Assembly: GCA_963749205.1 (NCBI GenBank)
Contig: CAVVLW010000009.1
Location: forward strand, 53,622-117,621
Length of the DNA: 64,000 nucleotides
Direction: 5' to 3'
DNA from: an uncultured Thermoplasmata archaeon
Lineage (GTDB): Archaea; Thermoplasmatota; Thermoplasmata; Lutacidiplasmatales; UBA184
Shown in pieces: positions 22,476-34,343 of the stretch. The first letter of the stretch is position 1. Every line of letters starts with the position of its first letter. The translations under genes and the position numbers were made by a program. Under the pieces are notes generated by a model that saw only the letters and a program-made list of their open reading frames with translations, made no database searches and was not told where the DNA came from.

Positions 22476-23552
22476 GTGACCGAATGCGCCGCGTGCGGCC
22501 GGGCGAACCTGGACAGCGCGCAATTCTGTGGCGGCTGCGGGCGCCCCCTGTCGACGGCGGTTCTCCCCCCTCCTCCGCCCCCGCCTCCGGCTGCTCAGGG
22601 AGGGAAACCCGCCCACCGTCTCGGGCTCCCCCGCTGCCCCCGGGGGCGCGCGCCTCCTCCGGATCCTGCTCCACCCGAACCCGCGGATGCTGCTGGCCGT
22701 GCTTCTCGTCATCGCGTTCGTGCTGGGCATCGTCTCCCTCGGGACGGCGTGGTGGTCGTACTCCTCGTCGGGTGGCGGCACGAGCCATTCCTTGTACTTT
22801 CTCCCGGGGGGAACTACAACGTGACGTGTTCGGGCTCAGGCTGCGCCGGCTTTTCAGCGGGGTCGTTTCCCTACAGCAATTTCGGCGGTTCGATCGTCAC
22901 CCTTTACGGAGTCGTTCTAGGGCTCATGGGATTGGGCGTGGCGCTGACCGGCCTCGCCGCGATCGTCGCGGTGCTCGCGGTGCTCGGGCGGAAAACCGGA
23001 TGGTGGCAGCGGTCGGGGAGTTTCGTGTTTGTGTTCCTCTCGGTGATCACGACGTTGATCGCGCTCGTGGCGGCCGTCACCGCGCAGCCGGGCGCGTTCG
23101 CTTCGAACACCACGTTCCCTGGTCTCGGTTCGGGAGGGGCGTCCCCGCTGACCTCGTTCTGGGGGTCGAATCCCGCGGGGACCGCGACGTGGGGGGCCGG
23201 AGTCGGCTGGTACGTGGCCCTGGTGACGGTCGTCCTCCTCAGCGTGGTCACGGCGATGATCATCGTGCATGGCCGCGAGCGCCTTGCCGTTCCGGGACGA
23301 CGGACCCGCGCCGCCGCACCTCCGCCCGCTCCGGTGGTCCGAGGGTACACCGCTCCACCCTCCGCTACGGCTGGTTTGAGACCCGCGGTGATGCGGCCTC
23401 CCATTCACACAGCGACGACGGTCCGACCTCCTCCGCCCACGATGTCCGGCCCAACGGAGGTTCCCGAGATGATCGCGTGCCCCACGTGCGGAACGGAGAA
23501 CCTTGCCAAGTCCCGCACGTGCTCGTACTGCCAGCGTTCGCTCCGATCGTAG
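22476..23552 (+). CDS. membrane protein with N- and C-terminal zinc ribbons, frameshifted
   Basis: CAAC..CGGC at the N-terminus, CPTC..CSYC at the C-terminus, about 4 TM helices. Confidence 0.75.
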   Translation: MTECAACGRANLDSAQFCGGCGRPLSTAVLPPPPPPPPAAQGGKPAHRLGLPRCPRGRAPPPDPAPPEPADAAGRASRHRVRAGHRLPRDGVVVVLLVGWRHEPFLVLSPGGNYNVTCSGSGCAGFSAGSFPYSNFGGSIVTLYGVVLGLMGLGVALTGLAAIVAVLAVLGRKTGWWQRSGSFVFVFLSVITTLIALVAAVTAQPGAFASNTTFPGLGSGGASPLTSFWGSNPAGTATWGAGVGWYVALVTVVLLSVVTAMIIVHGRERLAVPGRRTRAAAPPPAPVVRGYTAPPSATAGLRPAVMRPPIHTATTVRPPPPTMSGPTEVPEMIACPTCGTENLAKSRTCSYCQRSLRS

Positions 23553-23697
23553 CCGAGCGCGTGGGCAGGAAATCTCTGCCCGCGAGGGCGAATATTCGGC
23601 GTACGTTGCCCAGCGAGGGGCGGTCCGGACGGACCGCGCGAGGCGTTATCCGTCCGCACCCCTCGGGGAGAAGGTCCCGGCGGGGACCTCCGTTGCC

Positions 23698-25455
23698 ATG
23701 ACAACCACGTTGGATTCCGAAGCGAGCGCGTCGAGCGAGTTCCATGCCTTCCTCGACCGGGACTGGAAACAGTGGCTGGAACAGGCTCCCGAAGTGGCGA
23801 CGGCGGTCGGCGCTCCCGGGCTCAACGACCGGTGGACCGATGACTCGGCGGCCGGGGTCGCCGCCCGACGCGTTCACCTCGCCGAGAGCCTCGCGAAGCT
23901 CGACCGCTTCGACCGGGAGGCCCTCACCGCTGCCGAGCGCCTGAACCACGACCTCCTCCGCGAACTGCTGGTCAGCACCGAGGAGGGGCTCCAGTTCGGG
24001 AACGACCCGTTCCCGTTCCGATTGGGCTCGCCCCACAACCTTCGGATGCCGGTCAACCAGATGGAAGGGGTTCAGCTCAGCGCGGCCGACATCGGCGACA
24101 TCCAGCCCCTCGTGACCGTGCGCGACTTCCAGGACCTGCTCGCCCGTCTCGATGCGTTCCCCATTGTCGTCGAGAACAACCTCGCGCTGCTGGACGCCGG
24201 GCGACGGCTCGGGTTCGGTCCGCCGAAGATCACGCTGGTCGGCATCCCGGGCCAGATCACCTCCCAGATCACTCCCGACCCGATGTCGAGCCCCGTGCTG
24301 AAGCCGTTCCGAGAGTTTCCGGGCACGGTCCCCACCGCCGAGCGGCCGCGGCTCACTTCGCAGGCGGTCCAAGTGTACCGCGACCGGGTCGTACCCGCGC
24401 TCTCGAAGTTGCGCGAGTACCTTCACACGGTCTACCTTCCCACGGCCCGGGAGACCATCGGCGCGAGCGCACTCCCGAACGGGCCGGCGCTTTACTCCTT
24501 CCTCGTTCGCTGGCAGACCACGACGGGCCTCACCCCGCAGCAAGTGCACGAGATCGGGCTCGCGGAGGTCCGACGGATCCGTGCCGAGATGGACCAATTG
24601 ATCCGGACCGACCGGGTTTGCGGGGAGCTTCGCGGAGTTCAACGAGTTCATTCGTACCGACCCCCAGTTCTTCTACAACACCCCGGAAGAGCTCCTCGAT
24701 GGGTATCGCGTCATCGCGAAGAAAGTCGACCCCGCACTCTCGCGAGTGTTTGGCCGCCTGCCGCGGCTCCCCTACGGCGTCCTCCCCGTACCGGACTACC
24801 GCGCCCCCACCGCGCCGGGAGCGTACGCTACATGCCCGGTGCTCCCACGACGGGCCGACCGGGATATTTCTACGCGAACACGTACAAGGTCGGGGTGCGC
24901 CCTCGATGGGAGATGGAGGCACTGACCCTCCACGAGGCCGTGCCCGGCCATCACCTTCAGATCTCGCTCGCCCAGGAACCGGAGGAGCTGCCCGAGTTCC
25001 GTCGTCAGACAGGATTCACGGCGTTCGTCGAGGGGTGGGGGCTCTACGCCGAGAGCCTGGGGGAAGAGCTGGGCCTCTATCGGGACCCGTACTCCAAGTT
25101 CGGCCAGCTTACCTACGATATGTGGCGGTCGATCCGCCTCGTGGTCGATACCGGGATGCACGCGCTCGGGTGGAGCCGGGAACACGCGATGAAATTCTTC
25201 CGAGAGAACAGCGGGAAGAGCGACCAGGACATTCAGGTCGAGGTCGACCGGTACATCGTCTGGCCCGCTCAGGCGCTCGCCTACAAGATCGGTCAGCTCA
25301 AGATCCGCGAGCTCCGGACCCTCGCCGAGCGGAAGCTGGGGGACCGTTTCGATGTTCGTGCGTTTCACGACGTCGTCCTCGAGCAGGGGGCCCTCCCGCT
25401 CAACATTCTGACCGAGCGCGTCGACCGGTGGATTCAGTCGCGGACCGCCGCGTGA
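23698..25455 (+). CDS. DUF885 family protein (putative metallopeptidase), frameshifted
   Basis: HEAVPGHH, FVEGWGLYAE, RLVVDTGMH, EVDRY, QALAYKIG. Confidence 0.92.
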   Translation: MTTTLDSEASASSEFHAFLDRDWKQWLEQAPEVATAVGAPGLNDRWTDDSAAGVAARRVHLAESLAKLDRFDREALTAAERLNHDLLRELLVSTEEGLQFGNDPFPFRLGSPHNLRMPVNQMEGVQLSAADIGDIQPLVTVRDFQDLLARLDAFPIVVENNLALLDAGRRLGFGPPKITLVGIPGQITSQITPDPMSSPVLKPFREFPGTVPTAERPRLTSQAVQVYRDRVVPALSKLREYLHTVYLPTARETIGASALPNGPALYSFLVRWQTTTGLTPQQVHEIGLAEVRRIRAEMDQLIRTDRVCGELRGVQRVHSYRPPVLLQHPGRAPRWVSRHREESRPRTLASVWPPAAAPLRRPPRTGLPRPHRAGSVRYMPGAPTTGRPGYFYANTYKVGVRPRWEMEALTLHEAVPGHHLQISLAQEPEELPEFRRQTGFTAFVEGWGLYAESLGEELGLYRDPYSKFGQLTYDMWRSIRLVVDTGMHALGWSREHAMKFFRENSGKSDQDIQVEVDRYIVWPAQALAYKIGQLKIRELRTLAERKLGDRFDVRAFHDVVLEQGALPLNILTERVDRWIQSRTAA

Positions 25456-25719
25456 TCTTCCTCGGAGATCATTTCGAAAAGTCGGCCTGGGCCGGGATTG
25501 GCTAGACGCCCGTCCCCCCCGGAACAGTGCCGCGCGTCGGGACGGGTAGAAAGACTCGGCGAGGGGCCCGGGGAACCTCCGCGGGTTTCGAAGGTGGAGC
25601 CCATGGGAAGGGAGGGACGAGATTCGACGCCCCCGGCCCGAAGAGTAGATCCCTCGACCAAATCCCAAAGCCGTCACCAACGAATAATTTATAGGACGGG
25701 GGAACCGACCCTACCCTCG

Positions 25720-28700
25720 ATGCAGTCCCGCAGGGTTGCGCTATCGGTCTTGGTCGCCGGAATCATGGTCCTTAGCTTCCTGGCCGCACTCACTTCCGCC
25801 GGTGGCTCCGAGCTTCCTGCCTCCCCCGCATCGCATGTCACCCCCGAAGTAGCGCCGAGTCCGTTGGTCGCGACGGCAACCTCAGCTCCCGGAACGAGCC
25901 CCGACAAGCCGCTGTTGGCCGGTCTCGCCATGGGCACGCCTTCTACCCTTCTCTCCCCGCACGTGCGTCCGGGGATCTCAATGTACGAGTTCATCCTTCC
26001 GGATGGGACCTACACCGGTGGCGCTACCATCAGCCAGGTCGGCAACGTCTACACCCTGGAGGCCCCTTTCATTGGGGCCATCGTGGACGAACGTAACGGC
26101 AGCACCTTCCAGGGCCAGGGAAACACGGTCACAACCACGGGCGCGCTCGTGTGGGGGTTTCAGGTCAACACGACCCATGGGGTGACGGTCAACAACCTAG
26201 TCGTCACCGGGGAGGCCAACGGTTTCGAAGTTCTGAACTCCACCGACGTGACCATCTCTACTTCGACGGCGGGCGCGGCCACCGGTTATGGCTTCATCGC
26301 CGAATACAGCACAGGCGTCACGTTCCATAGCGATTACTCCAACACGAGCGCCGACGGATTCGCTGCCCTATATTCTTCCGACGTGGCTTTCACCGATTGC
26401 GTCGCGAACTTGGACGACACCGCCTTTACGCTGAACTCCGACAGCACGGCCATCCTCGAAAACGACGAGGGCGAGCACGCCAGCACGAACGGACTCTACG
26501 GGCAGCTCGACGTGGGCGTGGACCTGATTGCGGACATATTCTCCTCCGCCCGGGACGATGGGGTCTACCTCGTGGTGAGCTCGTACCTGGAACTAGACTC
26601 GGTGGTTGCCGAGTCGTGCGGGGTCGGCTTCCTCGGGGTCGTAGACTCCTATCTCAGCATCGGCGACTCGAACTTCAGCCTCGCGACCCATTTCGGGGCG
26701 GAGATCGCTTATTCGGATGAGGTCACCGCAGATTTCGACCAGTTCTACCAAGCGGGCGCCACCGGGCTCGAAGTGGACGGGGGAGGTACGACACCCTTGA
26801 GGGGATCTCCGCGAACGATTCGGGAGTCAATGGCATCGACCTCTGGAATCTCAGCGCTGTGGACCTCTCGGATTCGTACGCGTCGCACAACGGCTGGAAC
26901 GGACTCTCGCTCGAGTTCACCCAGGGCGCCACCGTGAACAATGACGCGTTCAATTTCGCTACGGCGGCAGGTGGAAACGGGACGTTCATCTCTCACACTT
27001 CGGGCGCAACCTTGAAGGGCGATGCGGACGGACACGACGGAAACTACGGGGTCTTGGACATCGGATCCCAAGGGCTCGAGGTCCTCTCTACCAATGCGTC
27101 GAACGACGGGGACGCTTTCGTCTTCGACTCGGACGAATCGCCGTCGGTGGAGTACGACATCGCAGACCACGACACCGAGGGTATCGTCCTGGAAGAGGCC
27201 AGCGACTTCTTCGTCGAGTACGGCAACCTGAGCTACGATACCTTCGGGGCCATCGATGTCGGCGGAGTGGACGGCCAAATGTGGTTCCTTTCCGTCTACA
27301 ACTGCACCGACGGGATCGAGGTCGTCGAGGACACGAACAGTTGGTTCTACGATGACCTGACGAACGACACGCCTCTCGGCCTCCTCGGCGAGCTGGACGC
27401 GGGCACTCTCTTCGAAGAGATGCTAATCTCGGGCGCCTCTACCGTGGGCGTGGAGTTCGAGTCGACCACGGACGTTGTCCTGGCCTACAGCACCGTTTCG
27501 TACTCCGCCATCGGGTTCGAGCTTCGTCGACGCGGCCTTCACCTACATCTACAGCAACAGCTTCGACCACGACACCGCCGACTTCGATATCGACGCCGCC
27601 GGCCTCTCGGCGTCGTGGTCTATTGGAACAACTTCGTGGACGGCTCGGCTGGAAGTTCGATGCCGTCGAGGTATCCTCCGCGTCGATCGCCTTCAACGAA
27701 AGCTACCCTCCCGGAGGGAACCACTGGAGCAACTGGACCAGCCCCGACACGATGAGCGGGCCGGGCCAGAACGTGCCGGGCTCGGACGGTATCGTCTGAC
27801 GTCCCGCTCCCCATCGGGGGAGGTTACGAGGATCATTACCCGCTCACACGACCCTTCGCCGATAGCAACCTCACGATCACCTTCCACGAAACGGGGCTGC
27901 CGTTGGACACTAAGTGGGGAATCAACTTCGGGACCTACGGCGGCTCCAACACGACCTACTCTTCGATCTACGAGGATACGGGGGCGGTCGCGTGGGCGAC
28001 CTACGACTACTCGGTCTACGCGCCTGCCGGATGGATTCCATCCCCGAACCCACTCGAGCATCACTACCAACGGGACCCTCCAGTCGGTCACGATCGGCTT
28101 CACTCAGGTGGACGTACACCACGACCTTCACCGATCGGGGCTCGTGCCGGGCGTCAAATGGAACGTGACCGTGGGCGGAACGAACTTCTCCGGGACCGGG
28201 GCGACCATCACCGTAGCCTTGGGGAACGGCACGTACAACTACAGCGTCGCCGCGATCGGGATTACGTCGTCTCGCCAGCGTCCGGCCAGGTCACCGTCAA
28301 TGCGAACCGCCGAACGTCGCGATCGCGTTCACCGCGGTCCTCTACACCGTGACCTTCACGGAGGCCGGTCTCCCGCAGGAACGTCCTCGACCGTCACCTC
28401 GACGGAGTACCCGGGACCTCTTCCGGGTCGAATGTCGCGTTCCACGCTGCCATCCGGGAGCTACGCGTAAGGATGGCCAACGTGTCGGGGTATTCGCTCG
28501 TCCCGTGGTCCGGGTCGAGCTCTGTCGGGCCGGGAGCGGGCGTCACGGTCGCCTTCACGGCCAACTCCTCGTCATCGGTTCCCGGGGCACCGACCTCTTC
28601 TGGGCGTTGTTGGCCGCCGTGATCGTCCTCGAGTATCGTGGTTGTGCTCGCGCTCCGCGGCCGGGAAAAAAGCCCGACGATGCTTCCGCCGCGTCGTCCC

Positions 28701-28850
28701 CACCAGCGGGCGCCCGGCGCCCGCCCCATCTCCCGCCGGGACCGCGGGCGCGCCCCCACCGGGCGCGATTGCTCCCCCCCGCCGGAATGGAAGGAAGCCA
28801 GTCTTTATCCGCCGGCACGGCGAGGTCCGACACGTCTCCCGTTCGTGAGT
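25720..28850 (+). CDS. secreted right-handed beta-helix (NosD/pectin-lyase-like) surface protein with thermopsin-type C-terminal repeats, multiply frameshifted
   Basis: Signal peptide, PbH1-like repeats, GNxWSNW motif, F.E.GLP...W repeats, C-terminal TM. End approximate. Confidence 0.7.
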
Positions 28851-30774
28851 CAGAGGGCAGGAGCCAGCATGAGGGGACACACACTCAGGTTGCGGTTGGA
28901 GCCGTGCCGGATCCCGGCAGCGGCAGGCCGCCCGCCCCTTAGCTGACGGGAGGGAACGCGCCATCCGACACGAGGGCGGCAAAGTCCTCGCGTAGGCTCA
29001 TGTACGTCTTTCCGAGGTCCGTCACCATTCCCCGTCCGTTGCGGAACTGATCAGAACCGTCCAAAGTCTCGACGTCTCCAGCGTCTCATCGCGAGCGCAG
29101 AGCCTGGAGCAGACGATCGTCCCGGAAGAAGCGCGACGGCCCCCGCAGAGAGACCATTGAGATGGAACACGTGACCTCCCGGGGTAGGTGGGTGCCGCAG
29201 CGACATCTGCCGGACGTTCCGACTGGCCGTTCCGACAAGTCGGGGTCTGCTCCGGATCGAGCGACGTTATCCCTGCGTGTTTCCACGGCAACGCGGGTCA
29301 GTGATTCCGGAGGAATGGCGACGGTCGTATGAACCTTCTCGGGTTCTCACCCCGGTGCAGCGTCCCGAGGGCGGCCCTCGTGTCTTTGCCCCTGACGCTC
29401 TCTTCGAACTAACTGGGCGGGAATGGAATCGACCCAGAAATTCGACGTGTCGATGTTGTGCATAGCTTTGATCCTCCATCCTGCCGATTCACCTTCCACG
29501 ACCACCGCGGTCCCATGGCATCGGGTCCACGGTCTATCCTCAGCGTCCCGGGCACGGTCATTCGCCAGTCGACATCGACGCCGCCGATCCAGTCCCGAAG
29601 CACCCGGATACCGACCGCGTCCGGCTCAATGGCTCTCCCGGAGGCGCCGAGGCGAAGACGGTGCGTGGAGGTCTGCGAATGGCCGCGCGACCGTGAACGC
29701 TGGCTCCTTGCCGGTTCGTGAAGTCGGCGTCTTTCCAAAAGACTCGGCGGATCCGTTTCAGGATCGTCCAGTTTCCACGCCGCCATGAACCTTTCGACGA
29801 CCAGGGCACGGATGTCATCCTCGGGGCGTGGGTCGAGAACCTCTTCTCGGCACGGCGTCCGCCCGCGAGCCATCCCAGCGTCATCTGGATGCGTCAAGCC
29901 CCAGCCCCACGAGCACGCGGCAGCAACTCCACGGTTGGATTGCTCCAGTCGGTAGGTCCGCATGGTGCAGGGGTGGAAAATATCCCGAGACCGGCTTCCG
30001 CTACCTTTCGGTGCGAGCTTCTGCTCGTTCTGCGGTGCGTCCCGTCGGAGGCGAGAGGCTTCCCCTTCTTCCCACCTCTACCAATATCGGCCCCGCCCGA
30101 TTTCTGCATTTTTCCGCGCGATGCCCTCTTCCCCGCTCCTCCACCCGCCAGTCGGGTCCCAGCTGATCGTAGCAGTGGTCCTCGTCGCGATAGTACTCAT
30201 CGTCGCCGCGTTCGCCAGCCAGACGTCTCCTTCCCTCCCGTTCAGGTCGGGGCAATGGATGGTCTGCGGCACCGGACAACATTCTGCGCCTGATGCGAAT
30301 CCGATCTTGTTGTTCCAGTTGAGACGGCTCCACCGGGCCGCTGGGCGTCGACTTCGAATCCACTTCAATAGCTCTCTGTGCACGTCACAATCTCCACGAA
30401 CACCTCGGATTTCGCCTCTTTCGCGGATCTGGATACCGCTCCCGATTCCTGCGAAGGGAACAGTGATGAAAACACCATCACAATTCCTCCCATCATCGTC
30501 GTTCTCGGGGACCTGAATCTCGTGTTCAGCTAATCGACGCATCTTCGCAGTCCTCGCCCCATCGGCCTCCCACCGTGGGCCGAATTCAAACGCCGTGAGG
30601 AGGGCGATCCGGGGGGACGATCACTCCTCATTAGCGAGGTCTCCGAGTGGTTCGCGGGGATCTCCAGGAGCAGTCGGGTCACGATGCCACGACCTTCCCG
30701 CCCCAGCGGAAGCCGTTTTCTGCTCGGAGAGGGTCTATCCCGCGTGCCGTCGAACCCCGACCGTCAGCGCCGAC

Positions 30775-31292
30775 ATGAACGTGCGAATCGTGCGCCATGC
30801 GCCGACCAAGCTGTACCCGTTCGAGCGATTCTTCCACGGGTTCGAGGCGGTGCCTACGATCCGGGAGCTCTTTGGCCCGCAGACGCGCGCGGTGCTTCGG
30901 AACCTCAAGGTCGAGTTCTTTTCGGCCCGGTTCGGCTACATGAGCACGAGCGATGTGGACGGTCACCTGATCATCAGCAGTCAGTACCTGCGAAGGGGAG
31001 AATTCCGGTCATTTACCGGACCCCCGTTTATGAGCTCTGCCACGTCCGGGAGTTCCGTGGAAGCAGCCGCTGTTCTACCCTAAACTCAGCTACGTGGACG
31101 GCCCCCCGTCCCAGATCGAGGCCTACTCGATCACGGTCAAGGAGGGAAAGCGGCTCTTTATGACGGACGCGGAGCTGTTTTCGACTATCTCACGATCGAA
31201 TGGATTGACACGGCCGCCTCCGTCGCCTCTCGCGCCGAATGGGATTGTGTTTACCGCAAAAAGTTCCCAAGCCCCATCGCTCCCGGCCTTGA
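30775..31292 (+). CDS. hypothetical protein (HExxH-like motif), frameshifted
   Basis: MNVRIVR... continues in another frame as VYELCHVR and then EAYSITVKEGKRL. Confidence 0.5.
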
Positions 31293-31342
31293 TAATAGCG
31301 GGTGGGGCACCGGACGCCGGGCGCGCGGGGGGGAGGGTTCGA

Positions 31343-33114
31343 CTATCCGGGTGGGTTGGCCCCCGGAATTTTGATGTTCGCTGTAGCTCGGGTAGCACGG
31401 TGTCCATTGCGTCGGAACGAGCCGTTCGCGGAGCTCCTCGGGGGTCGTCTGAGGTGCGTTGCCCTGTCCTCTGGGCTTCCAGCCCGACCGCCATTCCCAT
31501 CTTCTACCGCGGTGCGGCGCAGGTCTCGATCCGAGGAAGGAGGCGGCGCGGTGGGGTCGACGGAGTGGGGGGATTCCCGGCGAGTGCGCGTGCCGCGACG
31601 AGGATGATCTCGTTGGTGATGCGAGGGTGCTTCGTTGGCGACCACGCCGAGGCCGACCGCGGGGAAGATGTAGACATTGTTGCACTGGGCGATGGAGATC
31701 CGACGAGTCCCGAAGTCGACCGACTGGAACGGCGAACCCGTGGCGATCACGGCCCGGCCGTTCGTCCAACGAAGGAGATCCTCGGGCACCGCTTCACTCT
31801 TCGCGGTCGGATTGGACAACGGGAAGATGATCGGTCGCTCGACGGCCGACCCCATCTCCCGGACGAGCGGTTCGTCGAAGGCCCCGGCGATGTGGAGAGC
31901 CCGATCAGGATCGTCGGGTGCACCTCCCGGACGACCTCCGCCAGGCTGGCGCGTCTCGGGTCGGTCCTCGACCATTCCGCGACCTCGCCCCACGTTCGGG
32001 CATAGACCAGCTGCTCGGGCTTGAGGTCCTCTCGGCCCCGATGCAGGAGACCTCCCCGGTTCACCATCCAGAAATGGCGACGGGCTTCTTCGCTCTCGAC
32101 CCCGCCCTGCTCCAAAGCGGCTCGTATCGCGTCGGCGACCCCCACCCCCGCTGCAGCCGGCTCCGAAGATCACGATCCTTTGCTCGGAGAGGGGGGACCC
32201 CGTGACCTGCAGCGCCGAAAGGATCGCGCCCAGCGCCACCGCGCCCGTCCCCTGGATGTCATCGTTGAAGGTCAGGGCACGGTCGCGGTACTTCTCGAGG
32301 ATTGGGCGAGCGTGGTCGGCACCGAAATCCTCCCACTGGAGCACCGTGCCGGGGAGCTCCTGCCGCACGGCGAGGACGAAGCGGTCGATGAACTCCTCGT
32401 AGTCGGGCCCGGTGACCCGTTCGTGGCGCCAGCCGAGGTACTCGGGGTCGCGAAGTCGTTCGAGGTTGTTCGTGCCGACATCGAGGACGACGGGGAGGGT
32501 CCGTTCGGGGCGGATCCCGCCGATGAGGGTATAGAGGGAGAGCTTGCCGATCGGGATCCCGAGACCCCCCACCCCCTGGTCCCCGATCCCGAGGATCCGC
32601 TCCCCATCGGTGACGACGATCACGTCGACTTCCTGGTTGGGCCGGTGCTGAAGGAGGGTTCGTATCGAGTCCCGCAGGGGATACGGGATGAACAGTCCCC
32701 GCGCGCGACGGTAGATGTGACTGAACTCCTGACAGCCCAGTGCGACCACCGGAGTGTAGACGACCGGCATCATCTCCTCCATGTGGTCGTGCAGGAGCCG
32801 GTAGAACAGGACCTCGTTCGTGTCCTGGAGGGCTCGGAGGTAGATGTGGCGCTCGAGGTCGTCGGTCTTGCGACGGAACGCCTCGGTACGCCCAGGACCA
32901 CCTGCTGGTCGAGGGACTCGACCTGGGGAGGGAGGAGCCCATGCAGGCCGAGCGCGCTGCGCTCGTCGTCCGTGAACGCCGTCCCCTTGTTGAGGAGCGG
33001 AATATCCAGGAGATCCTGTCCCCGGAGCCTCGGAAGCGGGGAGTAAGCCCGTTCCGAGGGACGACGCGGAGGCGGCAACGCCGTAGGGCCTGGGCCTGTG
33101 CGCGCGGCTTCCAT
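31343..33114 (-). CDS. maeA: NAD-dependent malic enzyme, frameshifted
   Basis: [56 protein letters not shown]. Confidence 0.93.
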
Positions 33115-33255
33115 CGCGTGAGCGTGGGTGCCCCCTCAGATGTAGGCGCGCTCAAGGCGGCTTGACGGGCACGACTCCACGGACGGAGTCCGATTCGCGG
33201 AGCTTCCGTGTTCCCTATTATGTAGGCCGGTCGCCTCCCTCGGAGGGTCTCGACC

Positions 33256-33809
33256 ATGGCACCTTCAAGGAAGAGGAAACGAGGAATACGCCGAGCGGCC
33301 TCCCGGCCTTCTCCGATCCCCCCAGGCTACCCGACGGTGATTCCCTACCTCGCCGTGACGGCAGGAGCGGCGGCCCTCGATTTTTATCCGAAGGCGTTCG
33401 GGGCCAAGGTGCTCGCCCGGGAGTTGACGCCCGACGGAAAGCTGGTCCACGGACGGCTGCGCATCGGCAACTCGCTCTTCATGGTGTCCGACGTCTTCCC
33501 CGGTGGCGATGTCGCCGCTCCATCGACCGTGGGGACCACCACGGTCACCCTTCACTTGTACTCGAAGAACGTCGACGCGCTCTGGGACCGCGCGGTCGCG
33601 GCGGGCGCGAAAGTGACGATGCCGCTGGAGAACCAGGACCTGGGGGGAGCGGTACGGCCACCTGCAAGATCCGTTCGGCCACCACTGGTCGCTCTCGATG
33701 CGGGTCAAGATGAGCCGGGCCGGAAAAGGCGGCGAAGCAGAAGGAGGCGATGGCCTCGTTCGCGCGAGGGGAACATCCGGGGCGAGAACCTCGCGACAGC
33801 GACGCCTGA
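33256..33809 (+). CDS. VOC family (PhnB/glyoxalase-like) protein, frameshifted
   Basis: PPGYPTVIPYL, FYxxAFGA, HGRLRIG, DPFGHHW in the shifted frame. Confidence 0.85.
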
Positions 33810-33841
33810 GCGGCTTGCCATCCGGGCCGTAGGAGGTCGAG

Positions 33842-34110
33842 TTGAGCGAACCGGACCCGTGCGATTTGCACGACGCCGCGATCCGCGTGGGGTCGGGCGA
33901 GGCCGAAACCCTCCACCGACTGGCTCGGAGCCCGATCGCCGACGAATGCCGGAGCTGCGCGGTCTGCCGCTTGGCTCGAGAGTACGTGAACGACGGCTCG
34001 CCGAGCAGGCCGGTCGGGTCTTCCCGCCGGCAGAAAGCGGGGAAGCCACCTGGCAGAAGCTCCAGGCGGCGGTCAACGGTGTCAAGGTTACCGTCCACCG
34101 GCCCGCCTAA
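33842..34110 (+). CDS. possible small Cys-containing hypothetical protein
   Basis: CRSCAVC motif; appears to continue after a frameshift to ...KVTVHRPA*. Confidence 0.3.
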
Positions 34111-34343
34111 GTCACGGGGAACCTTTCCGGCAGGGGAACCGCTGCGCCCCAACCACTTCTGTTCTGGAATCCCCCACGATCGACAGCCTGGGGTAGTGGA
34201 TGGGAGCGACCACCCCCCCGCAGTTGTAGAAGGAGGTTCCACTTGCGCTCCGCAATTAATCGACCCTCGGTCCCGTGGACCGAGGGCGTTGTGAAAGGGT
34301 TGGTCAGGGTGCCCGGGTTTCGAACCCGGGCGGTGGGCCTTCC

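Noticed and set aside
29270-29293. ORB-like word GTTGCCGTGGAAAC (minus strand)
   Set aside because: Single imperfect copy, with no adjacent orc1/cdc6 or unwinding element.
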